64,000 bases of DNA from Candidatus Poriferisocius sp. (GCF_965204015.1 NZ_OZ241965.1:2090374-2154373); one strand, 5' to 3'. Shown: positions 8,888 through 18,003, numbered from the stretch's first letter. Notes: generated from the letters alone by a model not told the origin. Numbers and translations: made by a program.

Positions 8888-9784
8888 ATGGCCCCCGAGC
8901 CTGAAGCCCACCCCATCGCCCCTCACCCTATTGAGAGCATCGGGGTGGTCGACCTCATGTTGGGCGTGCCGTCTGACCGCGACGCCTGGTACGCCAACTT
9001 CCAAGGGCTGCTGAAAGACGAGGAGAGCCGCAGCTTCGGCCACGGTGCGGCCTACATGTTCAAAGACCTGCCCCAGGTGGACGGCACCGCGGACTTCATC
9101 GCCTACCTGCTGGCCGAGATGGACCTCTGGGGCATCGACAAGGGGCTGTTGCCGGTGAACTTCGGCGACACTTGGGGCACCCGGGGGGTCACCGAGCACC
9201 CCGACCGCCTCTACGGCAGCTATCTGGTGGACCCCAACCAGGGCGTGCAGGCGGTGCGGGACCTGCGCCGGGCCGTAGACGAACTCGGAGTGATCGCCGC
9301 GGCCTGCTTCCCCACCGGGCTGCACCCCCAGGTGAACATCAACGAACCGCTGATGTACCCGATCTACGCGGCGTGCTGCGAGCTGGAGATCCCCATGTGC
9401 ATCAACGCCGGCGTGCCCGGCCCGCGGTTCCCGTTCGACCCCCAGCACGTCGAGCACCTCGACCGGGTGTGCTACGACTTCCCCGAGCTGGTGCTGGTGA
9501 CTCGCCACGGTTCCGAGCCGTGGGAAGACCTAATGGTCAAGCTCATGCTGAAGTGGCCGGGGCTGCACTACTCCACCTCGGCGTTCGCCCCCAAGCACTA
9601 CCCGAAGGCCATCATCGACTACGCCAACACCCGGGGGGCCGACAAGGTGATGTACGCCGGCTACTTCCCCTCGGGACTGTCGCTGGAGCGGATCATGACC
9701 GAGATGCGCAATGTGGGGTTCCGCGACCACGTCTGGCCCAAATTCCTGCGAGAGAACGCCTTGCGGGTGTTCAATATGGCATGA
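8888..9784 (+). CDS. amidohydrolase_2-family protein (close paralogue of 11235-12101)
   Basis: Its start abuts the aldolase stop (TAA-ATG). The C-terminal ~75 aa are nearly identical to the paralogue: SAFAPKHYP(K/R)AIIDYANTRGADK...FRDHVWPKFLRENALRVF. Confidence 0.85.
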   Translation: MAPEPEAHPIAPHPIESIGVVDLMLGVPSDRDAWYANFQGLLKDEESRSFGHGAAYMFKDLPQVDGTADFIAYLLAEMDLWGIDKGLLPVNFGDTWGTRGVTEHPDRLYGSYLVDPNQGVQAVRDLRRAVDELGVIAAACFPTGLHPQVNINEPLMYPIYAACCELEIPMCINAGVPGPRFPFDPQHVEHLDRVCYDFPELVLVTRHGSEPWEDLMVKLMLKWPGLHYSTSAFAPKHYPKAIIDYANTRGADKVMYAGYFPSGLSLERIMTEMRNVGFRDHVWPKFLRENALRVFNMA

Positions 9785-10380
9785 GCATGATTCAGCACAT
9801 CTTCCGACGGCGGGATCTGGGAGTAATCGACTCCTTCATCGGAGCGGGTATCCTGGTTGTCGCGGTGTTCGCTTGGGCCGAGCGATCGGTGGTAGTCCAC
9901 CCCGACGCCGGCGCCGAGGTGGTCGACAACTGGAAGTGGCAGCTCTGGCAGATCGGCCCCGTGGTGTTCTCTCTCATCGGCGTATGGCTGCTATGGCGCA
10001 ACACCAGCAAAGTGCCGTGGTTCCGCACGCTGTGCCTGTCGTCGCTGGCCGTGGCCATCCTGCTCAATCAGTACACCGACATCTTCAACTACAGCGGCAA
10101 CCTGTGGCTCACCATCGACCCGTTGTTCGTGGCCTGCGGCACCGTGGCCACCTGCACCGGTTGGCGCCGGGTGATTGCCCAGCGTCAGGGCCTGGAGCCA
10201 GCCAACCCGTTCACCCTGATCGCCGCGGTCATCGCCACGGGAATGTTTGTGGCGGTGTTCGTCAACGCCTACATCACCAACGATCCCGGCGCGTGGAACA
10301 TCCTCGATCCCTTGATGATCCTGTCTCTATTGACCTGGGCCATCGCCGCCCGCCGCACCAATGTGGGCGACGCCATCTGA
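9781..10380 (+). CDS. polytopic membrane protein, unknown function
   Basis: ATG 9781 overlaps the previous stop (ATGA). It has about six hydrophobic helices. No family is recognised. Confidence 0.6.
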   Translation: MSMIQHIFRRRDLGVIDSFIGAGILVVAVFAWAERSVVVHPDAGAEVVDNWKWQLWQIGPVVFSLIGVWLLWRNTSKVPWFRTLCLSSLAVAILLNQYTDIFNYSGNLWLTIDPLFVACGTVATCTGWRRVIAQRQGLEPANPFTLIAAVIATGMFVAVFVNAYITNDPGAWNILDPLMILSLLTWAIAARRTNVGDAI

Positions 10381-10430
10381 ACCTATACGCTGCCTGAAAT
10401 TCGGCCGGGACGGAGAAGAGGAGAACCGCC

Positions 10431-11213
10431 ATGCCCGAGGTAGACGGCTACGTCCACGGAGACTTCAGCTGGGTCGACTTGTGTACCGAGGAGCCCGACA
10501 AGGCCAAGGCGTTCTACTCGTCGCTTTTCGGACTGACCTTTCGCGATGAGCACGATGGGTCGCAGGTGGTCTACACCCTGGGCCTGAAGGACGAAAGGCC
10601 GGTGCTGGGGCTGCTGGAAAAGCCCCAGGAGATGTGCGAGATGGGGATCCCCAACGTGTGGGAGACCTACATCTCGGTGGACAACGCTGATGAGGCCCTG
10701 GCCAAGGTGGCGCCCGCGGGGGGCACGCCGATGGGGCCGGTGATGGAGCCGGCGGGTGCGGGGAGGATGGCAGTGGTGGCCGACCCCACCGGTGCAGTGG
10801 TGATGCTGTGGGAGGCGCTGGGCCAAGATGGCGCCGAACTCAAGAGCGAGCACGGCACGCTGTGCTGGAACCAGCTCCTGACTTCTGATGTCGATAAGGC
10901 CATGGCGTTCTACTCCGAGATGCTGGGCTGGACTCCGGTGCCCCTCGACATGGACGATTCGGTCGGGATCATGCACAACGGCGAGATGATCGCCAGCGCC
11001 GGCCCGCTGCCCGCGCCGCTCATTCCCCCCCATTGGGCGGTGTACTTCGCGGTGGACGACTGCGACGCCACCGCGGCCCAGTGCCAAGAGCTGGGCGGCC
11101 ACGTGGTGGTCCCGCCCATGGACACCCCGCCGGGCCGCATGGCCCAGCTTGTGGACGACGCCGGGGCCATGTTCTGGGTCATCACCCTCGATCCCACGTT
11201 CTCCCCCGTCTGA
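10431..11213 (+). CDS. two-domain VOC (glyoxalase/bleomycin-resistance/dioxygenase) family protein
   Basis: It has two tandem half-domains beginning 'FSWVDLCTEEPDKAKAFYSSLFGL' and 'LCWNQLLTSDVDKAMAFYSEMLGW'. Confidence 0.8.
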   Translation: MPEVDGYVHGDFSWVDLCTEEPDKAKAFYSSLFGLTFRDEHDGSQVVYTLGLKDERPVLGLLEKPQEMCEMGIPNVWETYISVDNADEALAKVAPAGGTPMGPVMEPAGAGRMAVVADPTGAVVMLWEALGQDGAELKSEHGTLCWNQLLTSDVDKAMAFYSEMLGWTPVPLDMDDSVGIMHNGEMIASAGPLPAPLIPPHWAVYFAVDDCDATAAQCQELGGHVVVPPMDTPPGRMAQLVDDAGAMFWVITLDPTFSPV

Positions 11214-11234
11214 GACCGGAAAGGAGCCGCTGAG

Positions 11235-12101
11235 ATGGCGATGCCCGAGGGGATCGGCGTGGTGGACCTGATGATCGGGTTCCCCTTCGCCTCCAAGAAA
11301 CAGGTGTACGAGCGCCTCCAGGCCGGGCTGAAAGACGACCAGTCCACCGAGGAGTTCGTGATGCCGGTGGAGTACATGTTCAAAGACATCCCCGAAGAGG
11401 CCGAGGAGGGATCCGACCCCATCGACTACACCATCGCCGAGATGGACCGCTGGGGCATCGACAAGGGGCTGTTCGGGCTGTCGGAGACCAGCATCGAGGC
11501 CAAGCGCCGCCACCCCAACCGGGTGTACTTCGTGACCGAGGTGGACCCCAACGACGTGATGGGCACCGTCCGGCTCCTCAAGAAGCTCAAGGCCGACCAC
11601 GACCTCAAGGCGGTCAGCGTGTTCCCGGCCGGGACGGTCCCCCAAGTGGCCGTGTCCGATCCGCTCATGTACCCGCTCTATGCCACCGCCATCGAGCTCG
11701 ACATCCCAGTGATCGCCAACGCCGGCATCGCCGGACCCCGGTTCCCCAGCGCCCCCCAGCATGTCGAGCACTTCGACCAGGTGTGCTACGACTTTCCCGA
11801 GTTGCGCCTGGTGATGCGCCACGGGGCCGAGCCGTGGGAGAAGCTGGCCATGAAGCTGATGTTGAAGTGGCCCAACCTGTACTACATGCCCTCGGCGTTC
11901 GCCCCCAAGCACTACCCGAGGGCCATCATCGACTACGCCAACACCCGCGGCGCCGACAAGATCATGTACGCGGGGTACTTCCCCGCCGGGCTCACCCTGG
12001 AGCGCATCTTCACCGAGTTGCCCAATGTGCCGTTCCGCGACCACGTGTGGCCCAAGTTCCTGCGGGAAAACGCCCTGCGAGTATTCAAGCTCGACGACTG
12101 A
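11235..12101 (+). CDS. amidohydrolase_2-family protein (paralogue of 8888-9784)
   Basis: It has the 'GVVDLMIGFP' N-terminus and the shared C-terminal block described for 8888-9784. Confidence 0.85.
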   Translation: MAMPEGIGVVDLMIGFPFASKKQVYERLQAGLKDDQSTEEFVMPVEYMFKDIPEEAEEGSDPIDYTIAEMDRWGIDKGLFGLSETSIEAKRRHPNRVYFVTEVDPNDVMGTVRLLKKLKADHDLKAVSVFPAGTVPQVAVSDPLMYPLYATAIELDIPVIANAGIAGPRFPSAPQHVEHFDQVCYDFPELRLVMRHGAEPWEKLAMKLMLKWPNLYYMPSAFAPKHYPRAIIDYANTRGADKIMYAGYFPAGLTLERIFTELPNVPFRDHVWPKFLRENALRVFKLDD

Positions 12102-12123
12102 CACCCCCACTGAGGAGGGTCCG

Positions 12124-14430
12124 ATGACTGAAGACACGGCGACGAGGCCTGAGCCCTACCAGGGGTGGGAGGGGCGAGCGGGCCGCACTGTGGCGGGGTC
12201 GGATCCGTGGTGGCCCGAGGCGGTGCGGGCGCCGCAGGGCGCGCCCAACATCGTGGTGGTGCTGTTGGACGACCTGGGCTTCGCCGATCTGGGGTGCTAC
12301 GGCTCGGAGATCGACACCCCCCATATCGACCAGATGGCAGCCGAGGGGCTGCGCTACCTGAACTTCCACGTCAACCCCATGTGCTCGCCCACCCGGGCGT
12401 CGCTGCTCACCGGGCTCAACCACCACGACGTGGGGGTGGGCCACGTGTGCCACTCCGACCCCGGCTACCCCGGCTACACCTCCGAGCTCACCGAGCACTG
12501 CGCCACGGTGGCCGAGATTCTGCGGGCGGGGGGCTACGCCACCTTCATGGTGGGAAAGTGGCACCTGTGCAAAGACTCCAACCTGGTGGGCCCCCGGCAC
12601 TCGTGGCCGCTCCAGCGGGGGTTCGACCACTACTACGGCTTCCTCGACGGGTTCACCAACTTCCACCACCCCCACCGGCTGATCCGCGACAACAGCGTGG
12701 TGCGCACCGACCAGTACCCCGACGACTACTACTTCACCGACGACATCACCGACGAGGCCATCTCCATGGTCCGCGAGCAGAAGGCGGCCCGGCCCGACCA
12801 GCCGTTCTTCTTGTACCTGTCGCACGGGGCGGTCCACGCCCCGCTCCAGGCCAAGCAGGCCGACATCGAGAAGTACCGGGGGGCCTACGACGCCGGCTGG
12901 GACGAGATCCGCCAGCGCCGCTTCGTCCGCCAGATTGAACTGGGCATCTTCGACGCTGACACTGCGCTGCCGCCCCGCAACTCTGAGGAGCGCAACGACG
13001 TTCCTCCCTGGGACGAGCTGTCCAACACCCAAAAGGAGGTGTTCGCCCGCTACATGGAGGTGTTCGCCGCCATGGTGGACAACGTCGACCAGAACTTCGG
13101 GCGGCTGCGGGCCGCGCTGGAGGAGCTGGGCGAGTGGGACAACACCCTGGTGCTGTTCACCTCCGACAACGGGGCGTCCCGGGAGGGCGAGGACACCGGC
13201 TGCTCCCAGTACTTCGAGGTGCTGTCCCCCACCGCCGGAGACATCGACGCCGACCACGCCCGGCTCAACCTATTGGGCGGCCCCCAGACCCTGGCCCACT
13301 ATCCGCGGGGCTGGGCCATGGCCGGCAACACCCCCTTCCGGCTGTACAAGATCAACACCCACGCCGGCGGGCACCAGGTGGCCATGATCTCGTCATGGCC
13401 CGAGCAGATCGCCGACCCCGGCGGGTTCCGCCGCCAGTACCTGCACATCACCGACGTGCTGCCCACCGTGCTCGACATCGTGGGGCTCAGCGCTCCCACC
13501 GAGCGCAACGGCCAACCGCTCAAGGGGCCGCTGGCCGGGGCCAGCTTCGCCCCCACCTTCGCCGACGCCGCGGCCGACGAGCACCACACCGAGCAGTACT
13601 ACGAGCAGATCGGCCACCGGGGGTTCTACCGCGACGGCTGGGAGGCCGTCACCCTGCACCTGCCCATGACCCCGTTCGGCGATCACGAGTGGGAGGTGTA
13701 CAACCTGGCCGACGACCCCACCGAGACGGTGGATTTGTCGGAGGCCGAGCCCGGCAAGCGCCAAGAGTTAATCGACGCCTGGGAGGAAGCCGCCCACCGC
13801 TATCAGGTGTACCCGCTGGACGAGGGCTCGATGCTCAAGTACGTGCAGCGGCCGACCTCGGAGGAGGTGTACGAGGCGCCGGTTCGGATCGTGCCGGGCA
13901 CCGACACCTTGGAACGCTACCGGAGCATGAAGATGATCCAGGCCCGGTCGTTCACCGTCGACATCGACTTCGACTACGCCTCTGGCGACGAGGGCATGCT
14001 GGTGGCCCACGGCGACCAGGGCGGCGGCTACGCCTGCTACGTCGAGGGTGGGGAGGTGGTCTATGTCCACAACGGCTACGGCCACATGCGGCACCTGAAC
14101 AGCGGCCCGCTGGCCGAGGGGCGGCGCACCGTGCGGCTCGACTTCACCATCACCGACGGATTCGCCTGGGATCTGCGCCTGCTGGTGGACGGCATCGAGA
14201 CCGCCGTTGGCAAGGAGTTCACCGGCATGTGGACCATGGCCCCCTTCGAGGGCATCGACATCGGCATCGACCGCCGCTCCCCCGTTTCATGGGACGTCTA
14301 CGAGCGCCACGGCCCCTTCCCCTACACCAACACCATCGAGTCGGCCACCTACACCCCCGGCCAACAAGGCCCCATGGCCGCCACCCACACCGCAGAAATC
14401 CTCAAACAAATGGGCGCCCGCTTCGAGTGA
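12124..14430 (+). CDS. arylsulfatase (Cys-type, formylglycine-dependent)
   Basis: It has the sulfatase signature 'NPMCSPTRASLLTG' (C-x-P-x-R) and the metal-site motif 'VVLLDDLGFADLGCYG'. A GAGGAGGG Shine-Dalgarno lies just upstream of ATG 12124. Confidence 0.9.
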   Translation: MTEDTATRPEPYQGWEGRAGRTVAGSDPWWPEAVRAPQGAPNIVVVLLDDLGFADLGCYGSEIDTPHIDQMAAEGLRYLNFHVNPMCSPTRASLLTGLNHHDVGVGHVCHSDPGYPGYTSELTEHCATVAEILRAGGYATFMVGKWHLCKDSNLVGPRHSWPLQRGFDHYYGFLDGFTNFHHPHRLIRDNSVVRTDQYPDDYYFTDDITDEAISMVREQKAARPDQPFFLYLSHGAVHAPLQAKQADIEKYRGAYDAGWDEIRQRRFVRQIELGIFDADTALPPRNSEERNDVPPWDELSNTQKEVFARYMEVFAAMVDNVDQNFGRLRAALEELGEWDNTLVLFTSDNGASREGEDTGCSQYFEVLSPTAGDIDADHARLNLLGGPQTLAHYPRGWAMAGNTPFRLYKINTHAGGHQVAMISSWPEQIADPGGFRRQYLHITDVLPTVLDIVGLSAPTERNGQPLKGPLAGASFAPTFADAAADEHHTEQYYEQIGHRGFYRDGWEAVTLHLPMTPFGDHEWEVYNLADDPTETVDLSEAEPGKRQELIDAWEEAAHRYQVYPLDEGSMLKYVQRPTSEEVYEAPVRIVPGTDTLERYRSMKMIQARSFTVDIDFDYASGDEGMLVAHGDQGGGYACYVEGGEVVYVHNGYGHMRHLNSGPLAEGRRTVRLDFTITDGFAWDLRLLVDGIETAVGKEFTGMWTMAPFEGIDIGIDRRSPVSWDVYERHGPFPYTNTIESATYTPGQQGPMAATHTAEILKQMGARFE

Positions 14431-14523
14431 TGGGATTGACATAGCAAACACTGAAACTCACCCTAAAAGTGATTGAATTCTGCTACCCACGGTGCCACAC
14501 TGACGGGCGAAAGGAGCGAGCCC

Positions 14524-14781
14524 ATGGACCACGATCTCTGCAAGAAGTACGCCCATGAACTCCAACTGGGCGACGTCATCCGCCCTAGCGGCAGCGACGA
14601 CGCTCCTTTCACCCGCGTAGAGTTTCGCCGCGCCTATGGAAAGTGGACCGTGCTGAAACTGCGTTGTGCCGACGGCCAGGCTTTCCGAGACGTTTGGTCC
14701 AGCGGCACCATTTTCGACGTAACCCCCACGGGAACCTCCCTCGCGTCCGTCCAATCTCTCCTTGAAACCGCCGAGCTATAG
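14524..14781 (+). CDS. small soluble hypothetical protein (85 aa)
   Basis: ATG 14524 is preceded by AAAGGAG. The track ORF begins at TTG 14473. No family is recognised. This is the first gene of the low-G+C cassette. Confidence 0.4.
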   Translation: MDHDLCKKYAHELQLGDVIRPSGSDDAPFTRVEFRRAYGKWTVLKLRCADGQAFRDVWSSGTIFDVTPTGTSLASVQSLLETAEL

Positions 14782-14995
14782 CCCAGCGAACAAAACCCCA
14801 ACCTGGCCGCTCCTTGTCGCCTCTCTTCTGACGCTGGCAGTCGACCGCCGCCCGCGGATGATGTTCCACATCGTCCTTCTGACCGGAATCACCGTCATCG
14901 CGATCGATTCCCAAGCCGGACTCTGGTCGTACCTAGGCGCAGCCTCCGCAACTTGGACCCTAATGATGCTCGCCACCCCCACCGAAGCCAACTGA
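14762..14995 (+). CDS. possible small membrane protein (77 codons)
   Basis: It starts at TTG 14762 (internal ATG 14858) and has 2-3 hydrophobic segments. It overlaps the previous ORF by 20 nt. Coding status is uncertain. Confidence 0.3.
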   Translation: MKPPSYSPANKTPTWPLLVASLLTLAVDRRPRMMFHIVLLTGITVIAIDSQAGLWSYLGAASATWTLMMLATPTEAN

Positions 14996-15041
14996 GGAGG
15001 GGGTGACACGGAACCTGCTGGCGAGTGACGTAGTGTTCAGC

Positions 15042-15074
15042 GGGGGGCTCTGTTGAGTCAACAACTGGGCACCG
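15042..15074 (+). promoter_or_regulatory. conserved leader upstream of membrane paralogue A
   Basis: The sequence GGGGGGCTCTGTTGAGTCAACAACTGGGCACCG precedes the ATG. It aligns with 15963-15996 upstream of paralogue B and contains the palindrome GTTGAGTCAAC. Confidence 0.35.
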
Positions 15075-15929
15075 ATGGATCCAATAGATGACGGCAAGCG
15101 TGCAGAGGTTGAAAGCACTGCTGTGCGCGGCGAGGTCAACCCGTGGCTCCCGCCACCACCTCCGTTGCCGCCGACTCAGACAGAGGGAGGGAAACCGAGA
15201 GGTCGAGTGTTCATTCCAGCAACAGTGCTCCTGCTAGTTCTTCCGGTTACCACTTGGGACATTCGAGGTGAACAAATAATCGACAGGAGCTTCACCGGCG
15301 AGCGCCGCTATGCGATCAAGCCTCCTGATTGGCTTGTTGAGCTACCTGACTTCGTCGGGCTTGCTCTCGTGATTGCCCTTGTGACTGCACTCGGATGGCT
15401 CATCTTTGAATACTGGCTACAGAGTTGGGGCAAATGGTGGTTCATGGCTCTGGGATCACTTTGCACAATAGGAGTACTTGCAGGGCTGGCTGGAAGAGAA
15501 GCCACCGCAGCGGATCCCGTACACGATTATCCCGGCTTTCAATGGATCACTGTCTTTGCCTGTTTGTGCGCGTGTGTTCTCTTGTCAATTCTGCTGATCA
15601 CATCGCTCTACAAGGCCAACGTCAACTTCGTGGCCCTTCGCATTCGCAAACTCAAGCGTTTCATCAAGAGGCACAAGAAAGCTCTGCTGGCAATTTCTGG
15701 CGTTCTGGTGGCACTTGGCATCGCAAGTGTCGTGATCGAAGGGATCGATTCAGGTAACTCAATCGCTGAAATCGTCGTCGTATTGACTCTTGGTCCGATA
15801 TTCTTGGGATTGATATACACTACTATAGGGCTAATTGTCTTGATACCATTTGTCATTACTTCTTTGGTCATATGGTTCGTGCTCTTTCGCTCTGCCGACC
15901 TAGTGCTGCGGCGCAGGGCCTACTGGTAG
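15075..15929 (+). CDS. polytopic membrane protein, unknown family (paralogue A)
   Basis: It has a Pro-rich N-terminus followed by about 7 hydrophobic helices. With paralogue B it shares the blocks EYWL..W.KWWF..LG.LC..G..AGL.GR.ATA and the C-terminal LFRSAD..L(R/K)RR.YW*. It is markedly AT-richer than the flanks. Confidence 0.65.
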   Translation: MDPIDDGKRAEVESTAVRGEVNPWLPPPPPLPPTQTEGGKPRGRVFIPATVLLLVLPVTTWDIRGEQIIDRSFTGERRYAIKPPDWLVELPDFVGLALVIALVTALGWLIFEYWLQSWGKWWFMALGSLCTIGVLAGLAGREATAADPVHDYPGFQWITVFACLCACVLLSILLITSLYKANVNFVALRIRKLKRFIKRHKKALLAISGVLVALGIASVVIEGIDSGNSIAEIVVVLTLGPIFLGLIYTTIGLIVLIPFVITSLVIWFVLFRSADLVLRRRAYW

Positions 15930-15962
15930 CTGTCAGCCTCAGCACGGACAGGTACGGTGAAT

Positions 15963-15996
15963 GGGGGGGTTCGTTGAGTCGGCGGCAGGGTTACCG
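15963..15996 (+). promoter_or_regulatory. conserved leader upstream of membrane paralogue B
   Basis: The sequence GGGGGGGTTCGTTGAGTCGGCGGCAGGGTTACCG precedes the ATG. The first 18 nt match the paralogue A leader at 15/18 positions, and both end in ACCGATG. Confidence 0.35.
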
Positions 15997-16779
15997 ATGA
16001 AACCAGGTGAGCTGAGGGGGCGGAGGCCGGGGTGGCGGCATGTGATTCCAGCGGCGGTGTTGGTGGTCTTGCTGCCGGTGGGTGTTTGGCATTTGTTTGG
16101 GGATCAGACGGATTACTCGGATGATGAGCTCCGGCTTTTTTTCATTTGGCGGGCGCCGGGGTGGCTGAATGAGCTGGCCCATCCGATCGGGCTGGTGGCC
16201 TCGCTGGTGGTGCTGGCGGCGCTCCTTTGGCTCGCGGTGGAGTACTGGCTGGAGCCCTGGCGCAAGTGGTGGTTCTTCGTGCTGGGGCCCCTCTGCCTCA
16301 TGGGGATCTATGCCGGGTTGGGGGGAAGATACGCCACCGCGGGCATCACCGAGGATGACGAATTAAACGTCTACGGATGGCTGAGCCTGTTGAGCGTGCC
16401 GGGGGTTGTTGCCGTGTTCTCCACCATGCTCGTCGTAGCGGCATCCAAGGTCAGGCCGGAAACGACCACTCGCTACCTCGCCAAGGTAGGACTCAAGCCA
16501 TCCAGGCGGACGGCGATTGCGGCGATGCTGCTCGGCGGTTTCATTTCAGCCGGTCTTTCGCTGGGCATCGCCGCGGCCAAGACCGTGGCATCACCCTCGA
16601 ACAGCTTGTCGTTGAATGAGTCCATCAACATGTCGCTGATGTTTCTGCCCCTTCTCCTCTTTGTCGGGGTAATGGGCCTTCTCGTCTACCTGGCCCTTGT
16701 GTCCGGCGGTCTCGTACTCGCCTGGCTGGCGCTGTTCCGCTCCGCCGACTGGGCACTCAAGCGAAGAAACTACTGGTAG
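15997..16779 (+). CDS. polytopic membrane protein, unknown family (paralogue B)
   Basis: ATG 15997 is chosen over track start 15961 because the preceding 35 nt align with the non-coding leader of paralogue A. It shares the same helix pattern and C-terminal 'LFRSADWALKRRNYW'. Confidence 0.65.
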   Translation: MKPGELRGRRPGWRHVIPAAVLVVLLPVGVWHLFGDQTDYSDDELRLFFIWRAPGWLNELAHPIGLVASLVVLAALLWLAVEYWLEPWRKWWFFVLGPLCLMGIYAGLGGRYATAGITEDDELNVYGWLSLLSVPGVVAVFSTMLVVAASKVRPETTTRYLAKVGLKPSRRTAIAAMLLGGFISAGLSLGIAAAKTVASPSNSLSLNESINMSLMFLPLLLFVGVMGLLVYLALVSGGLVLAWLALFRSADWALKRRNYW

Positions 16780-16813
16780 CTACTCGGTTGTCCCCTCGGA
16801 CAGACTCATAGCA

Positions 16814-17995
16814 GTGGACTTAACCCCTACCGCCGACCAGGAAGCGCTCCGCCAAGAGTGCCGATGGTGGCTCCAAGAGAATCTCCCCTGGGAGTACGGC
16901 AAGGGCCTGCCGCCGCTATTTGACGATCTGGCTGAAGAGGTCGCCTTCCTCCGCCGGTGGCAGGCCGCCTTAGCCGAGGCCCGCTTCGTGGGCGTCTCTT
17001 GGCCGGTCGAGTTCGGCGGGCGGGGCGCCGGCCCTCTGCATCACTTCATCATCCAAGAAGAGCTGGCTCGGGCCCGGGCCCCCGAACTGGTCGGTCGCCT
17101 CGGCGTGAACCTGATCGGCCCGACCCTGCTGGCCCACGGTACCGACGAGCAGAAGCAGCGCTGGCTCCCGTCGATCCTCCCCGCCGAGCAACTCTTTTGC
17201 CAGCTGTTCAGCGAGCCCGATGCGGGCAGCGATCTGGCGTCTCTGTCCACCCGGGCCGTTCCCGCCGACGGCGGATGGCGGCTCAGCGGCCAGAAGGTGT
17301 GGACCTCCTACGCCCAGTTCGCCGATTGGGGCCTCTGCCTGGCCCGCTCCCACCCCGATGAGCCCAAGCACCGGGGCATCACCGCCTTCATGGTCGACAT
17401 GCACGCTCCCGGGGTGGAGGTCCACCCACTCCGCCAGATCACCGACGAGTCCGACTTCAACGAGGTCTTCCTCAACGACGTGTTCGTGGCCCACGACCAG
17501 GTGGTCGGCGAACCCGGCAACGGCTGGCGGGTGTCGCAGTCAACCCTCAGCGTGGAGCGGGGCACCAATCCCCGCCAGCTCGTCATCCACCTCCAGCTGC
17601 TCGAGGAGCTGTTCCGCCTGGCCGCCGAAACCGGCCGCAACCACGATCCCGTGATCCGCCAGGCCCTGGCCCGCTCCTACATCGAGGTCCGCCTGTTCCA
17701 ACTCCAGAACTGGCGGGTGCTGTCCCGGCTGGCCCACGGCCGCGACCACGGCCCGGAGTCGGCCACCGCCAAGCTCTTCTGGAGCGAGATGAGCCAGCGT
17801 CTGCACCAGACGGCCATGGACGTACTGGGCGCCGCCGCCCCCCTGTGGCGGGGCGACCCCCACAACCCCGGCGAAGGCCGATGGCAGCGCTCCTGGCTGT
17901 ACTATCAAGCTGCGACGATCTTCGCCGGAACCAGCGAAATCCAGCGAAACATCATCGCCGAGCGCACCCTGGGCCTTCCCCGAGAGCCCCGTTAG
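16814..17995 (+). CDS. acyl-CoA dehydrogenase
   Basis: It carries the motifs 'CQLFSEPDAGSDLASL' and the C-terminal 'IFAGTSEIQRNIIA'. GTG 16814 is the first start after the upstream stop. Confidence 0.85.
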   Translation: MDLTPTADQEALRQECRWWLQENLPWEYGKGLPPLFDDLAEEVAFLRRWQAALAEARFVGVSWPVEFGGRGAGPLHHFIIQEELARARAPELVGRLGVNLIGPTLLAHGTDEQKQRWLPSILPAEQLFCQLFSEPDAGSDLASLSTRAVPADGGWRLSGQKVWTSYAQFADWGLCLARSHPDEPKHRGITAFMVDMHAPGVEVHPLRQITDESDFNEVFLNDVFVAHDQVVGEPGNGWRVSQSTLSVERGTNPRQLVIHLQLLEELFRLAAETGRNHDPVIRQALARSYIEVRLFQLQNWRVLSRLAHGRDHGPESATAKLFWSEMSQRLHQTAMDVLGAAAPLWRGDPHNPGEGRWQRSWLYYQAATIFAGTSEIQRNIIAERTLGLPREPR

Positions 17996-18003
17996 GAGCA
18001 CCC

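Noticed and set aside
5232-12137. Many long overlapping ORFs in other frames and on the other strand (for example 5260..6516 +, 5660..6751 -, 6829..8226 -, 7964..9508 -, 10383..12137 -)
   Set aside because: Each overlaps a gene with clear family motifs. Their products are Arg/Gly/Pro/His-rich with no motifs. These are GC-driven open frames.
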